Assembly: GCF_963921235.1 (NCBI RefSeq)
Contig: NC_086109.1
Location: forward strand, 1,552,001-1,616,000
Direction of reading: 5' to 3'
DNA length: 64,000 nt
Origin: Mobula hypostoma
Lineage: Eukaryota
Shown here piece after piece: positions 46,101 through 61,100 of the stretch (position 1 is its first letter; the number at the start of each line of letters is the position of its first letter). Position numbers and translations under genes: made by a program. Under the pieces are notes generated by a model, which made no database searches, was not told the DNA's origin, and was given only the letters and a program-made list of their open reading frames with translations.

Positions 46101-49100
46101 CACCTCCTCACTTCCCCTCCTCCCCACATCCCCACCTCCCCACATCCTCACCTCCCCACCTCCCCACTTCCCCACCTCCCCCCTCCCCAACTCCCCACTT
46201 CCCCACCTCCCCACCTCCCCACCTCCTCACCTCCCCACTTCCTCACCTTCCCAACCCCTCACCATCCCAACCCCTCACCTCCCCACCTCCTCACCTACCC
46301 AACCCCTCACCTCCCCACCCCCTCACCTCCCCACCTCCACACCTCCCCACCTCCCCACTTCCTCACTTCCCCACCTCCCCACTTCCTCACCTCCCCACCT
46401 CCCCACTTATCACCTCCCCACTTTCTCACCTCACCACCTCCCCACTTCCCGACCTCCCCACATCCTCACCTCCCCTCCTCCCCACATCCCCAACTCCCCA
46501 CTTCCCGACCTCCCCACTTCCTCACCTCCCCACTTCCTCACCTCCCCACTTCCTCACCTCCCCTCCTCCCCACTTCCCACCTCCTCACCTCCCCACCTCC
46601 ACTCCTCCCCACTTCCCCAACTCCCCACTTCCTCACCTCCCCACCTCCCCACTTCCCACTTCCCGACCTCCCCACGTCCTCACCTCCCCTCCTCCCCACT
46701 TCCCCACCTCCCCACCACCCCACTTCCCCACCTTCCCACTTCCTCACCTCCCCACCTCTTCACCTCCCCACCTCCTCACCTCCCCACTTCCTCACCTCCC
46801 CACCTGCCCACCTCCTCATATCCCCACCTCCCCACTTCCTCACCTCCCCACTTCCTCACCTCCCCACCCCCTCACCTCACCACCCCCTCACCTCCCCACC
46901 TCCTCACCTCCCCACTTCCTCACCTCCCCACCCCCTCACCTCACCACCCCCTCACCTCCCCACCTCCTCACCTCCCCACCTCCCCACTTCCCCACCTCCC
47001 CACCTCCCCACCCTCCTCCCCACTTCCCCACCTCCCCACCTCCCCACTTCCCACCTTCCCCACCTCCCCACTTCCTCACCTCCCCACCTCCCCACTTCCC
47101 CACCTCCCCACCTCCCCACCTCCCCACCTCCCCACCTCCCCACTTCCCCACCTCCCCACCTCCCCACTTCCCCACCTCCCCACCTCCCCACTTCCCCACC
47201 TCCCCTCCTCCCCAACTCCCCTCCTCCCCACTTCCCACCTCCCCACTTCCTCACCTCCCCACCTCCCGACCTCCTCACTTCCTCACCTCCCCACTTCCCA
47301 CCTTCCCCACCTCCCCACTTCCTCAACTCCCCACTTCCTCAACTCCCCTCCTGCCCACTTCCCCACCTCTCCACTTCCTCACCTCCCCACTTCCTCACCT
47401 CCCCTTCTCCCCACTTCCCCACATCCCCACTTCCCCACCTCCCCACTTCCTCACCTCCCCACTTCCTCACCTCCCCACCTCCCCACCTCCCCACTTCCCC
47501 ACTTCCCACCTTCCCCACCTCCCCACTTCCTCACCTCCCCACTTCCTCACCTCCCCTCCTCCCCACTTCCCCAACTCCCCACTTCCTCACCTCCCCACCT
47601 CCCCTCCTCCCCACTTCCACACCTCCCCACTTCCCCACTTCCTCACCTCCCCACCTCCCCACTTCCCCACCTCCCTACTTCCTCACCTCCCCACTTCCTC
47701 ACCTCCCCTCTTCCCCACTTCCCCACCTCCGCACTTCCCCACCTCCCCACTTCCGAACCTCCCCACTTCCTCACCTCCCCTCCTCCCCACTTCCTCACCT
47801 CCCCACCTCCCCTCCTCCCCACTTCCCCACCTCCCCACCTTCCTCACCTCCCCACCTCCCCACCTCCCGACCTCCCCACTTCCTCACCTCCCCACTTCCA
47901 ACCTCCCCACCTCCCCACTTCCCACCTTCCCCACCTCCCCACTTCCTCACCTCCCCACTTCCTCACCTCCCCTCCTCCCCACTTCCTCCCGACCTCCCCA
48001 CTTCCTCACCTCCCCTCCTCCCCACTTCCCCACCTCCCCACCTCCCCACTTCCCCACCTCCCCACTTCCTCACCTCCCCACTTCCTCACCTCCCCACCTC
48101 CCCTCCTCCCCACCTCCCCACTTCCTCACCTCCCCTCCTCCCCACTTCCCCACCTCCCCACTTCCTCACCTCCCCACCTCCCCTCCTCCCCACTTCCCCA
48201 CCTCCCCACTTCCCCACCTCCCCTCCTCCCCACTTCCCCACCTCCTCACCTCCGCACCTCCTCATATCCCCACCTCCCCACTTCCTCACCTCCCCACTTC
48301 CTCACCTCCCCACCCCCTCACCTCACCACCCCCTCACCTCCCCACCTCCTCACCTCCCTACCTCCTCACTTCCCCTCCTCCCCACTTCCTCACCTCCCCA
48401 CCTCCCCACGTCTTCACCTCGCCACCTCCCCACCTCCCCACTTCCCCACCTCCCCACTTCCCCACCTCCCCTCCTCCCCAACTCCCCTCCTCCCCACTTC
48501 CCCACCTCCCCACTTCCCACCTTCCTCACCTCCTCACCTCCCCACCTCCGGACCTCCTCACTTCCTCACCTCCCCACTTCCCACCTTCCCCACCTCCCCA
48601 CTTCCTCAACTCCCCACTTCCTCAACTCCCCTCCTCCCCACTTCCCCACCTCCCCACTTCCCCACCTTCCTCACCTCCCCACCTCCCCTCCTCCCCACTT
48701 CCCCACCTCCCCACTTCCTCACCTCCCCACTTCCTCACCTCCCCTCCCCCCACCTCCCCTCCTCCCCACTTCCCCACCTTCCCACTTCCTCACCTCCCCA
48801 CTTCTTCACCTCCCCACCTCCTCACCTCCCCACCTCCTCACCTCCCCACCTGCCCACCTCCTCATATCCCCACCTCCCCACTTCCTCACCTCCCCACTTC
48901 CTCACCTCCCCACCCCCTCACCTCACCACACCCTCACCTCCCCACCTCCTCACCTCCCTACCTCATCACTTCCCCTCCTCCCCACTTCCCCACCCCACAT
49001 CCTCACCTCCCCACCTCCCCACTTCCCCACATCCCCCCTCCCCTCCTCCCCACTTCCCCACCTCCACACCTCCCCACTTCCCACCTTCCCCACCTCCCCA

Positions 49101-52100
49101 CTTCCTCACCTCCCCACCTCCCCAACTCTTCACCTCCCCACCTCCCCACCTCCCCACCTCCCCACCTCCCCACTTCCCCACCTCCCCTCCTCCCCAACTC
49201 CCCTCCTCCCCACTTCCCCACCTCCCCACTTCCCACCTTCCTCACCTCCCCACCTCCCGACCTCCTCACTTCCTCACCTCCCCACTTCCCACCTTCCCCA
49301 CCTCCCCACTTCCTCAACTCCCCACTTCCTCACCTCCCCTCCTCCCCACTTCCCCACCTCCCCACTTCCTCACCTCCCCACTTCCTCACCTCCCCTTCTC
49401 CCCACTTCCCCACCTCCCCACTTCCCCACCTCCCCACTTCCTCACCTCCCCACTTCCTCACCTCCCCACCTCCCCACCTCCCCACTTCCCCACTTCCCAC
49501 CTTCCCCACCTCCCCACTTCCTCACCTCCCCACTTCCTCACCTCCCCTCCTCCCCACTTCCCCAACTCCCCACTTCCTCACCTCCCCACCTCCCCTCCTC
49601 CCCACTTCCACACCTCCCCACTTCCCCACCTCCCCACCTCCCCACCTCCCCACTTCCCCACCTCCCCACTTCCTCACCTCCCCACTTCCTCACCTCCCCT
49701 CCTCCCCACTTCCCCACCTCCGCACTTCCCCACCTCCCCACTTCCCCACCTCCCCACTTCCTCACCTCCCCTCCTCCCCACTTCCTCACCTCCCCACCTC
49801 CCCTCCTCCCCACTTCCCCACCTCCCCACCTCCTCACCTCCCCACCTCCCCACCTCCCCACCTCCCCACTTCCTCACCTCCCCACTTCCAACCTCCCCAC
49901 CTCCCCACTTCCCACCTTCCCCACCTACCCACTTCCTTACCTCCCCACTTCCTCACCTCCCCTCCTCCCCACCTCCCCACCTCCCCACTTCCTCACCTCC
50001 CCACTTCCTCACCTCCCCTCCTCCCCACTTCCCCACCTCCCCACTTCCCCACCTCCCCACTTCCTCACCTCCCCACTTCCTCACCTCCCCACCTCCCCTC
50101 CTCCCCACTTCCCCACCTCCCCACTTCCTCACCTCCCCTCCTCCCCACTTCCCCACCTCCCCACTTCCTCACCTCCCCACCTCCCCTCCTCCCCACTTCC
50201 CCACCTCCCCACTTCCCCACCTCCCCTCCTCCCCACTTCCCCACCTCCCCTCCTCTCCCCACTTCCCCACCTCCCCACTTCCTCACCTCCCCACCTCCTC
50301 ACCTCCCCACCTCCTCACCTCCCCACCTCCTCACCTCCCCACCTGCCCACCTCCTCACCTCCCCACCTCCCCACCTCCTCACCTCCCCACTTCCTCACCT
50401 CCCCACCTCCCCACCTCTTCACCTCGCCACCTCCCCACCTCCCCACTTCCCCACCTCCCCACTTCCCCACCTCCCCTCCTCCCCAACTCCCCTCCTCCCC
50501 ACTTCCCCACCTCCCCACTTCCCACCTTCCTCACCTCCTCACCTCCCCACCTCCGGACCTCCTCACTTCCTCACCTCCCCACTTCCCACCTTCCCCACCT
50601 CCCCACTTCCTCAACTCCCCACTTCCTCAACTCCCCTCCTCCCCACATCCCCACCTCCCCATTTCCTCACCTCCCCACTTCGTCACCTCCCCTCCTCCCC
50701 ACTTCCACACCTCCCCACTTACTCACCTCCCCACTTCCTCACCTCCCCATCTCCTCAACTCCCCACCTCCTCACTTCCCCACCTCCCCACTTCCCACCTT
50801 CCTCACCTCCCCACCTCCCCACTTCCTCACCTCCCCACCTCTTCACCTCCCAACCTCCTCACCTCCCCACTTCCTCACCTCCCCACCCCCTCACCTCCCC
50901 ACCTCCTCACCTCCCCACCTCCTCACTTCCCCTCCTCCCCACATCCCCACCTCCCCACTTCCTCACCTCCCCACATCCCCACCTCCCCTCCTCCCCACTT
51001 CCCCACCTCCCCTCCTCCCCACTTCCCCACCTCACCACTTCCTCACCTCCCCACCTCCCCTCCTCCCCACTTCCCCACCTCCCCACTGCCCACCTTCCCC
51101 ACCTCCCCACTTCCTCACCTCCCCATCTCTTCACCTCCCCACCTCCTCACCTCCACACTTCCTCACCTTCCCACCGCCTCACCTCCCCAACCTCACCTCC
51201 CTACGTCCCCACCTCCTCACCTCCCCACCTCCTCACCTCCCCACCTCCTCACTTCCCCACCTCCCCACTTCCCCACTTATCACCTCTCCACTTCCTCACC
51301 TCCCCACCTCCCCACTTCCTCACCTCCCCTCCTCCCCACATCCCCACTTCCCCACCTCCCCCCTCCCCACCTCCCCACTTCCTCACCTCCCCACCTCCCC
51401 TCCTCCCCACTTCCCCACCTCCACACCTCCCCACTTCCCACCTTCCCCACCTCCCCACCTCTTCACCTCCCCCTCTTCAACTCCCCACCTCTTCACCTCC
51501 CCACTTCCTCACCTTCCAAACCCCTCACCTTCCCACTTCCTCACCTCCCCACTTCCTCACCTCCCCTCCTCCCCGCTTCCCCACCTCCCCACTTCCTCAC
51601 CTCCCCACCACCTCACCTCCCCACTTCCTCACCTCCCCACCTCTTCACCTCCCCACTTCCTCACCTCCCCACCCCCTCACCTCACCACCCCCTCACCTCA
51701 CCACCTCCTCACCTCCCCACCTCCTCACTTCCCCTCCTCCCCGCTTCCCCACCTCCCAACATCCTCACCTCCCCACCTCCCCACTTCCTCACCTCCCCAC
51801 CTCCCCACCTCCTCACTTCCCCACTTCCTCACCTTCCCAACCCCTCACCATCCCAACCCCTCACCTCCCCACCTCCTCACCTACCCAACCCCTCACCTCC
51901 CCACCCCCTCACCTCCCCACCTCCACACCTCCCCACCTCCCCACTTCCTCACTTCCCCACCTCCCCACTTCCTCACCTCCCCACCTCCCCACTTATCACC
52001 TCCCCACTTTCTCACCTCCCCACCTCCCCACTTCCCGACCTCCCCACATCCTCACCTCCCCTCCTCCCCACATCCCCAACTCCCCACTTCCCGACCTCCC

Positions 52101-55100
52101 CACTTCCTCACCTCCCCACTTCCTCACCTCCCCTCCTCCCCACTTCCCACCTCCCCCTCCTCACCTCCCCACCTCCACTCCTCCCCACTTCCCCAACTCC
52201 CCACTTCCTCACCTCCCCACCTCCCCACTTCCCCACTTCCCGACCTCCCCACGTCCTCACCTCCCCTCCTCCCCACTTCCCCACCTCCCCACCACCCCAC
52301 TTCCCCACCTTCCCACTTCCGCACCTCCCCACTTCTTCACCTCCCCACCTCCACACCTCCCCACCTCCTCACCTCCCCACCTGCCCACCTCCTCATATCC
52401 CCACCTCCCCACTTCCTCACCTCCCCACTTCCTCACCTCCCCACCCCCTCACCTCACCACACCCTCACCTCCCCACCTCCTCACCTCCCTACCTCATCAC
52501 TTCCCCTCCTCCCCACTTCCCCACCCCACATCCTCACCTCCCCACCTCCCCACTTCCCCACCTCCCCACCTCCCCTCCTCCCCACTTCCCCACCTCCACA
52601 CCTCCCCACTTCCCACCTTCCCCACCTCCCCACTTCCTCACCTCCCCACCTCCCCAACTCTTCACCTCCCCACCTCCCCACCTCCCCACCTCCCCACCTC
52701 CCCACTTCCCCACCTCCCCTCCTCCCCAACTCCCCTCCTCCCCACTTCCCCACCTCCCCACTTCCCACCTTCCTCACCTCCCCACCTCCCGACCTCCTCA
52801 CTTCCTCACCTCCCCACTTCCCACCTTCCCCACCTCCCCACTTCCTCAACTCCCCACTTCCTCAACTCCCCTCCTCCCCACTTCCCCACCTCTCCACTTC
52901 CTCACCTCCCCACTTCCTCACCTCCCCTTCTCCCCACTTCCCCACCTCCCCACTTCCCCACCTCCCCACTTCCTCACCTCCCCACTTCCTCACCTCCCCA
53001 CCTCCCCACCTCCCCACCTCCCCACCTCCCCACTTCCCACCTTCCCCACCTCCCCACTTCCTCACCTCCCCACTTCCTCACCTCCCCTCCTCCCCACTTC
53101 CCCACCTCCCCACTTCCTCACCTCCCCACCTACCCTCCTCCCCACTTCCACACCTCCCCACTTCCCCACTTCCTCACCTCCCCACCTCCCCACTTCCCCA
53201 CCTCCCCACTTCCTCACCTCCCCACTTCCTCACCTCCCCTCTTCCCCACTTCCCCACCTCCGCACTTCCCCACCTCCCCACTTCCCCACCTCCCCACTTC
53301 CCCACCTCCCCACTTCCTCACCTCCCCTCCTCCCCACTTCCTCACCTCCCCACCTCCCCTCCTCCCCACTTCCCCACCTCCCCACTTCCTCACCTCCCCA
53401 CCTCCCGACCTCCCCACTTCCTCACCTCCCCACTTCCAACCTCCCCACCTCCCCACTTCCCACCTTCCCCACCTACCCACTTCCTCACCTCCCCACTTCC
53501 TCACCTCCCCTCCTCCCCACTTCCCCACCTCCCCACCTCCCCACCTCCCCACTTCCTCACCTCCCCTCCTCCCCACTTCCCCACCTCCCCACTTCCCCAC
53601 CTCCCCATTTCCTCACCTCCCCACTTCCTCACCTCCCCACCTCCCCTCCTCCCCACTTCCCCACCTCCCCACTTCCCCACCTCCCCACTTCCTCACCTCC
53701 ACTCCTCCCCACTTCCCCACCTCCCCACTTCCTCACCTCCCCACCTCCCCTCCTCCCCACTTCTCCACCTCCCCACTTCCCCATCTCCCCTCCTCCCCAC
53801 TTCCCCACCTCCTCACCTCCCCACCTCCTCATATCCCAACCTCCCCACTTCCTCACCTCCCCACTTCCTCACCTCCCCACCCCCTCACCTCACCACCCCC
53901 TCACCTCCCCACCTCCTCACCTCCCTACCTCCTCACTTCCCCTCCTCCCCACTTCCTCACCTCCCCACCTCCCCACCTCTTCACCTCGCCACCTCCCCAC
54001 CTCCCCACTTCCCCACCTCCCCACATCCCCACCACCCCTCCTCCCCAACTCCCCTCCTCCCCACTTCCCCACCTCCCCACGTCCCACCTTCCTCACCTCC
54101 CCACCTCCCGACCTCCTCACTTCCTCACCTCCCCACTTCCCACCTTCCCCACCTCCCCACTTCCTCAACTCCCCACTTCCTCAACTCCCCTCCTCCCCAC
54201 TTCCCCACCTCCCCATTTCCTCACCTCCCCACTTCCTCACCTCCCCTCCTCCCCACTTCCCCACCTCCCCACTTCCTCACCTCCCCACTTCCTCACCTCC
54301 CCTCCCCCCCACCTCCACTCCCCCCCACCTCCCCTCCTCCCCACTTCCCCACCTCCTCACCTCCCCTCCTCCCCACTTCCCCACCTCCTCACCTCCCCAC
54401 CTCCCCACTTCCCCACCTCCCCACTTCCTCACCTCCCCTCCTCCCCAACTCCCCTCCTCCCCACTTCCCCACTTCCCCACCTCCCCACTTCCCACCTTCC
54501 TCACCTCCCCACCTCCCCACCTCCCGACCTCCTCACTTCCTCACCTCCCCACTTCCAACCTCCCCACCTCCCCACTTCCCACCTTCCCCACCTCCCCACT
54601 TCCTCACCTCCCCACTTCCTCACCTCCCCTCCTCCCCACTTCTCCAACTCCCCACTTCCTCACCTCCGCACCTCCCCTCCTCCCCACTTCCCACCTCCCC
54701 ACTTCCCCACTTCCTCACCTCCCCACCTCCCCACTTCCCCACCTCCCCACTTCCTCACCTCCCCACTTCCTCACCTCCCCTCCTCCCCACTTCCCCACCT
54801 CCCCACTTCCCCACCTCCCCACATCCCCTCCTCCGCACTTCCCCACCTCCCCACTTCCTCACCTCCCATCCTCCCCACTTCCTCACCTCCCCACCTCCCC
54901 TCCTCCCCACTTCCCCACCTCTCCACCTACCCACTTCCTCACCTCCCCACTTCCTCACCTCCCCTCCTCCCCACTTCCCCACCTCCCCACTTCCTCACCT
55001 CCCCACTTCCTCACCTCCCCTCCTCCCCACTTCCCCACTTCCTCACCTCCCCACTTCCTCACCTGCTCACCTCCCCTCCTCCCCACTTCCCCACCTCCCC

Positions 55101-58100
55101 ACTTCCCCACCTCCCCACTTCCTCACCTCCCCACCTCCCCACCTCCCCACTTCCTCACCTCCCCACCTCCCCTCATCCCCACCTCCCCTCATCCCCACTT
55201 CCCCACCTCCCCACTTCCCCACCTCCCCACTTCCCCACCTCCCCTCCTCCCCACTTCCCCACCTCCTCACCTCCCCACCTCCTCACCTCCCCACCTCCCC
55301 ACTTCCTCACCTCCCCACTTCCTCACCTCCCCACTTCCTCACCTCCCCACCCCCTCACCTCACCACCCCCTCACCTCCCCACCTCCCTACCTCCTCACCT
55401 TCCTTCCCCTCCTCCCCACTTCCCCACCTCCCCACATCCTCACCTCCCCACCTCCCCTCCTCCCCACTTCCCCACTTCCCCCATCCCCACTTCCCCACCT
55501 CCCCTCCTCCCCACTTCCCCACCTCCACACCTCCCCACTCCCCACCTTCCCCACCTCCCCACTTCCTCACCTCCCCACCTCTTCACCTCCCCACCTCTTC
55601 ACCTCCCCACCTCCCCACTTCCTCACCTCCCCACTTCCTCACCTCCCCACCTCCCCTCCTCCCCACTTCCCCACCTCCCCACTTCCTCACCTCCCCTCCT
55701 CCCCACTTCCCCACCTCCCCACTTCCTCACCTCCCCACTTCCTCACCTCCCCTCCTCCCCACTTCCCCAAATCCCCACTTCCTCACCTCCCCACCTCCCC
55801 TCCTCCCCACTTCCACACCTCCCCACTTCCCCACTTCCTCACCTCCCCACCTCCCCACTTCCCCACCTCCCCACTTCCTCACCTCCCCACTTCCTCACCT
55901 CCCCTCCTCCCCACTTCCCCACCTCCCCACTTCCCCACCTCCCAAGTTCCTCACCTCCCCACATCCCCTCCTCCGCACTTCCCCACCTCCCCACTTCCCC
56001 ACCTCCCCACTTCCTCACCTCCCCACCTCCCCTCCTCCCCACTTCCCCACCTCCCCACCTCCCCACTTCCCACCGTCCTCACCTCCCCACCTCCCCACCT
56101 CCCGACCTCCCCACTTCCTCACCTCCCCACCTCCCCACTTCCCACCTTCCCCACCTACCCACATCCTCACCTCCCCACTTCCTCACCTCCCCTCCTCCCC
56201 ACTTCCCCACCTCCCCACTTCCTCACCTCCCCTCCTCCCCACTTCCCCACCTCCCCACTTCCTCACCTCCCCACTTCCTCACCTCCCCTCCTCCCCACTT
56301 CCCCACCTCCCCACTTCCCCACCTCCCCACTTCCTCACCTCCCCTCCTCCCCACTTCCCCACCTCCCCACCTCCCCACCTCCTCACTTCCCCACCTCCCC
56401 ACTTCCTCACCTCCCCACCCTCTCACCTCACCACCCCCTCACCTCCCCACCTCCTCACCTCCCTACCTCCTCACTTCCCCTCCTCCCCACTTCCCCACCT
56501 CCCCACCTCCTCCTCCCTCCCCACTTCCCCACCTCCCCACTTCCCACCTTCCTCACCTCCCCACCTCCCCACCTCCCGACCTCCCCACTTCCTCACCTCC
56601 CCACTTCCAACCTCCCCACCTCCCCACTTCCCACCTTCCCCACCTACCCACATCCTCACCTCCCCACTTCCTCACCTCCCCTCCTCCCCACTTCCCCACC
56701 TCCCCACTTCCTCACCTCCCCACTTCCTCACCTCCCCTCCTCCCCACTTCCCCACCTCCCCACATCCCCACCTCCCCACTTCCTCACCTCCCCACCTCCC
56801 CTCCTCCCCACTTCCTCACCTCCCCACCTCCTCACCTCCCCTCCTCCCCACTTCCCACCTCCCCACTTCCTCACCTCCCCACTTCCTCACCTCCCCTCCT
56901 CCCCACTTCCCACCTCCCCACTTCCTCACCTCCCCACCTCCCCTCCTCCCCACTTCCACACCTCCCCACTTCCCCACTTCCTCACCTCCCCACCTCCCCA
57001 CTTCCCCACCTCCCCACTTCCTCACCTCCCCACTTCCTCACCTCCCCTCCTCCCCACTTCCCCACCTCCCCACACCTCCCCACCTTCCCCACCTCCCCAC
57101 TTCCTCACCTCCCCACCTCTTCACCTCCCCACCTCCTCACCTCCCCACTTCCCACCTTCCCCACCTCCCCACTTCCTCACCTCCCCACTTCCTCAACTCC
57201 CCTCTTCCCACTTCCCCACCTCCCCACTTCCTCACCTCCCCACTTCCTCACCTCCCCTCCTCCCCACTTCCCCACCTCCCCACTTCCACACCTCCCCACT
57301 TCCTCACCTCCTCACCTCCCCACCTCCCCACCTCCCCACTTCCCCACCTCCCCACTTCCTCACCTCCCCTCCTCCCCACTTCCCCACCTCCCCACTTCCA
57401 CACCTCCCCACTTCCTCACCTCCCCACCTCCCCACCTCCCCACTTCCCCACCTCCCCACTTCCTCACCTCCCCTCCTCCCCACTTCCCCACCTCCTCACC
57501 TCCCCACCTCCCCACCTCCCCACTTCCCCACCTCCCCACTTCCTCACCTCCCCTCCTCCCCAACTCCCCTCCTCCCCACTTCCCCACCTCCCCACCTCCC
57601 CACTTCCCACCTTCCTCACCTCCCCACCTCCCCACCTCCCGACCTCCTCATTTCCTCACCTCCCCACTTCCAACCTCCCCACTTCCCCACCTCCCCACCT
57701 CCCCACTTCCCACCTTCCCCACCTCCCCAATTCCTCACCTCCCCACTTCCTCACCTCCCCTCCTCCCCACTTCTCCAACTCCCCACTTCCTCACCTCCCC
57801 TCCTCCCCACTTCCACACCTCCCCACTTCCCCACTTCCTCACCTCCCCACCTCCCCACCTCCCCACTTCCCCACTTCCTCACCTCCCCACTTCCTCACCT
57901 CCCCACCTCCCCACTTCCTCACCTAAGCACTTCCTCACCTCCCCACATCCCCTCCTCCCCACTTCCAAACCTCCCCACTTCCTCACCTCCCCACCTCCCC
58001 TCCTCCCCACTTCCCCACCTCCCCACTTCCCACCTTCCTCACCTCCCCACTTCCTCACCTCCCCACCTTCCACCTCCCCACTTCCCCACCTCCCCACTTC

Positions 58101-61100
58101 CCACCTTCCCCACCTACCCACTTCCTCACCTCACCACTTCCTCACCTCCCCTCCTCCCCACTTCCCCACCTCCCCACTTCCTCACCTCCCCTCCTCCCCA
58201 CTTCCCCACCTCCCCACTTCCTCACCTCCCCTCCTCCCCACTTCCCCAACTCCCCACTTCCCCACCTCCCCACTTCCCCACCTCCCCACTTCCCCGCCTC
58301 TTCACCTCCCCACCTCCTCACCTCCCCACTTCCTCACCTCCCCACCTCCTCAACTTCCCACCTCCTCACTTCCCCAACTCCCCACTTCCCACCTTCCTCA
58401 CCTCCCCACGTCCCCACTTCCCCACCTCCCCACTTCCTCACCTCCCCACTTCCTCACCTCCCCACCTCCCCACTTCCTCACCTCCCCACCTCCCCTCCTC
58501 CCCACTTCCCCACCTCCCCACTTCCCCACCTCCCCACTTCCTCACCTCCGCTCCTCCCCACTTCCCCACCTCCCCACTTCTTCACCTACCCAACTCCCCT
58601 CCTCCCCACCTCCCCACTTCCCACCTTCCTCACCTCCCCACCTCCCCACCTCCCGACCTCCTCACTTCCTCACCTCCCCATTTCCAACCTCCCCACTTCC
58701 CCACCTCCCCACCTCCCCACTTCCCCACCTCCCCACTTCCTCACCTCCCCACCTCCCCTCCTCCCCACTTCCCCACCTCCCCACTTCCTCACCTCCCCTC
58801 CTCCACACTTCCCCACCTCCCCACTTCCTCACCTCCCCACTTCCTCACCTCCCCCCCTCCCCACTTCCCCACCTCCCCACTTCCTCACCTCCCCACCTCC
58901 CCTCCTCCCCACTTCCTCACCTCCCCACCTCCCCACTTCCTCACCTCCCCACCTCCCCACTTCCCCACCTCCCCACTTCCCCACCTCCCCACTTCCTCAC
59001 CTCCCCTCCTCCCCACTTCCCCACCTCCCCACTTCTCCACCTCCCCACTTCCTCACCTCCCCACATCCCCTCCTCCGCACTTCCCCACCTCCCCACTTCC
59101 CCACCTCCCCACTTCCTCACCTCCCCACCTCCCCTCCTCCCCACTTCCCCACCTCCCCACCTCCACACTTCCCACCGTCCTCACCTCCCCACCTCCCCAC
59201 CTCCCGACCTCCCCACTTCCTCACCTACCCACCTCCCCACTTCCCACCTTCCCCACCTACCCACATCCTCACCTCCCCACTTCCTCACCTCCCCTCCTCC
59301 CCACTTCCCCACCTCCCCACTTCCTCACCTCCCCACTTCCTCACCTCCCCTCCTCCCCACTTCCCCACCTCCCCACTTCCCCACCTCCCCACTTCCTCAC
59401 CTCCCCTCCTCCCCACTTCCCCACCTCCTCACCTCCCCACCTCCTCACCTCCGCACCCTCTCACCTCACCACCCCCTCACCTCCCCACCTCCCCACTTCC
59501 CCACCTCCCCACTTCCTCACCTCCCCACCTCCCCACTTCCCCACCTCCCCACTTCCCCACCTCCCCACTTCCCCACTTCCTCACCTCCCCACCTCCCCAC
59601 CTCCCCACTTCCCCACCTCCCCACTTCCTCACCTCCCCTCCTCCCCACTTCCCCACCTCCTCACCTCCCCACCTCCCTCACCTCCCCACCTCCCCACTTC
59701 CCCACCTCCCCACCTTCCTCACCTCCCCACCTCCCCTCCTCCCCACTTCCCCACCTCCCCACCTCCCCACTTCCCAACTTCCTCACCTCCCCACCTCCCC
59801 ACTTCCCGACCTCCTCACTTCCTCACCTCCCCACTTCCCCACCTCCCCACCTCCCCACTTCCCACCTTCCCCACCTCCCCAATTCCTCACCTCCCCACTT
59901 CCTCACCTCCCCTCCTCCCCACTTCCCCACCTCCCCACTTCCACACCTCCCCACCTCCACACTTCCCCACCTCCCCACTTCCCCACTTCCTCACCTCCCC
60001 ACCTCCCCACCTCCCCACCTCCCCACTTCCTCACCTCCCCACTTCCTCACCTCCCCACCTCCCCACTTCCTCACCTAAGCACTTCCTCACCTCCCCACAT
60101 CCCCTCCTCCCCACTTCCAAACCTCCCCACTTCCTCACCTCCCCACCTCCCCTCCTCCCCACTTCCCCACCTCCCCACTTCCCACCTCCCCACTTCCCCA
60201 CCTCCCCACCTCCCCACTTCCCCACCTCCCCACTTCCTCACCTCCCCACTTCCTCACCTCCCCTCCTCCCCACTTCCCCACCTCCCCACTTCCTCACCTC
60301 CCCTCCTCCCCACTTCCCCACCTCCCCACTTCCTCACCTCCCCTCCTCCCCACTTCCTCCCCCTCACCCCACCTCCCCACTTCCCCACCTCCCCACTTCC
60401 TCACCTCCCCACTCCCCACCTCCCCACTTCCCCACCTCACTCCCCACCTCCCCACCTCCCCACTCCTCACTCCCCACCTCCCCACTTCCCACCTCCTCAC
60501 TTCCCCACCTCCCCACTCCCACCTCCCACCTCCCCACCTCCCACCTCCCCACCTCCCCACCTCCCCACCCCTCCCCACTTCCTCACCTCCCCACCTCCTC
60601 ACCTCCCCACCTCCTCACCTCCCCACCTCCCCACTTCCCCACCTCCCCACTTCCTCACCTCCCCACCTCCCCACTTCCCCACCTCCCCACCTCCCCACTT
60701 CCTCACCTCCCCACTTCCTCACCTCCCCACCTCCCCACTTCCTCACCTCCCCACTTCCCCACCTCCCCACTTCCTCACCTCCCCTCCTCCCCACTTCCCC
60801 ACCTCCCCACTTCCTCACCTCCCCACTCCCCCTCCCCCTCCCACCTCCCCACTTCCCACCTCCCCACCTCCCCACTCCCCACCTCCCCACTTCCTCACCT
60901 CCCCACCTCCCCACCTCGCCACCTTCCCCACCTTCCCCACCTCCCCACTTCCTCACCTCCCCTCCTCCCCACTTCCCCACCTCCCCACTTCCCCACCTCC
61001 CCACTTCCTCACCTCCCCTCCTCCCCACTTCCCCACCTCCCCAATTCCTCACCTCCCCACATCCCACCTCCCTCACCTCCCCACTTCCTCACCTCCCCAC

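Noticed and set aside
42933..57926. 4997-aa Pro/Ser/Thr/His-rich ORF (extensin- or mucin-like)
   Set aside because: It is the translation of an 8-bp satellite. The G-poor strand can hardly form stop codons, the 8-aa period is three DNA units, indels are not restricted to multiples of three, and the start lies in repeat debris.
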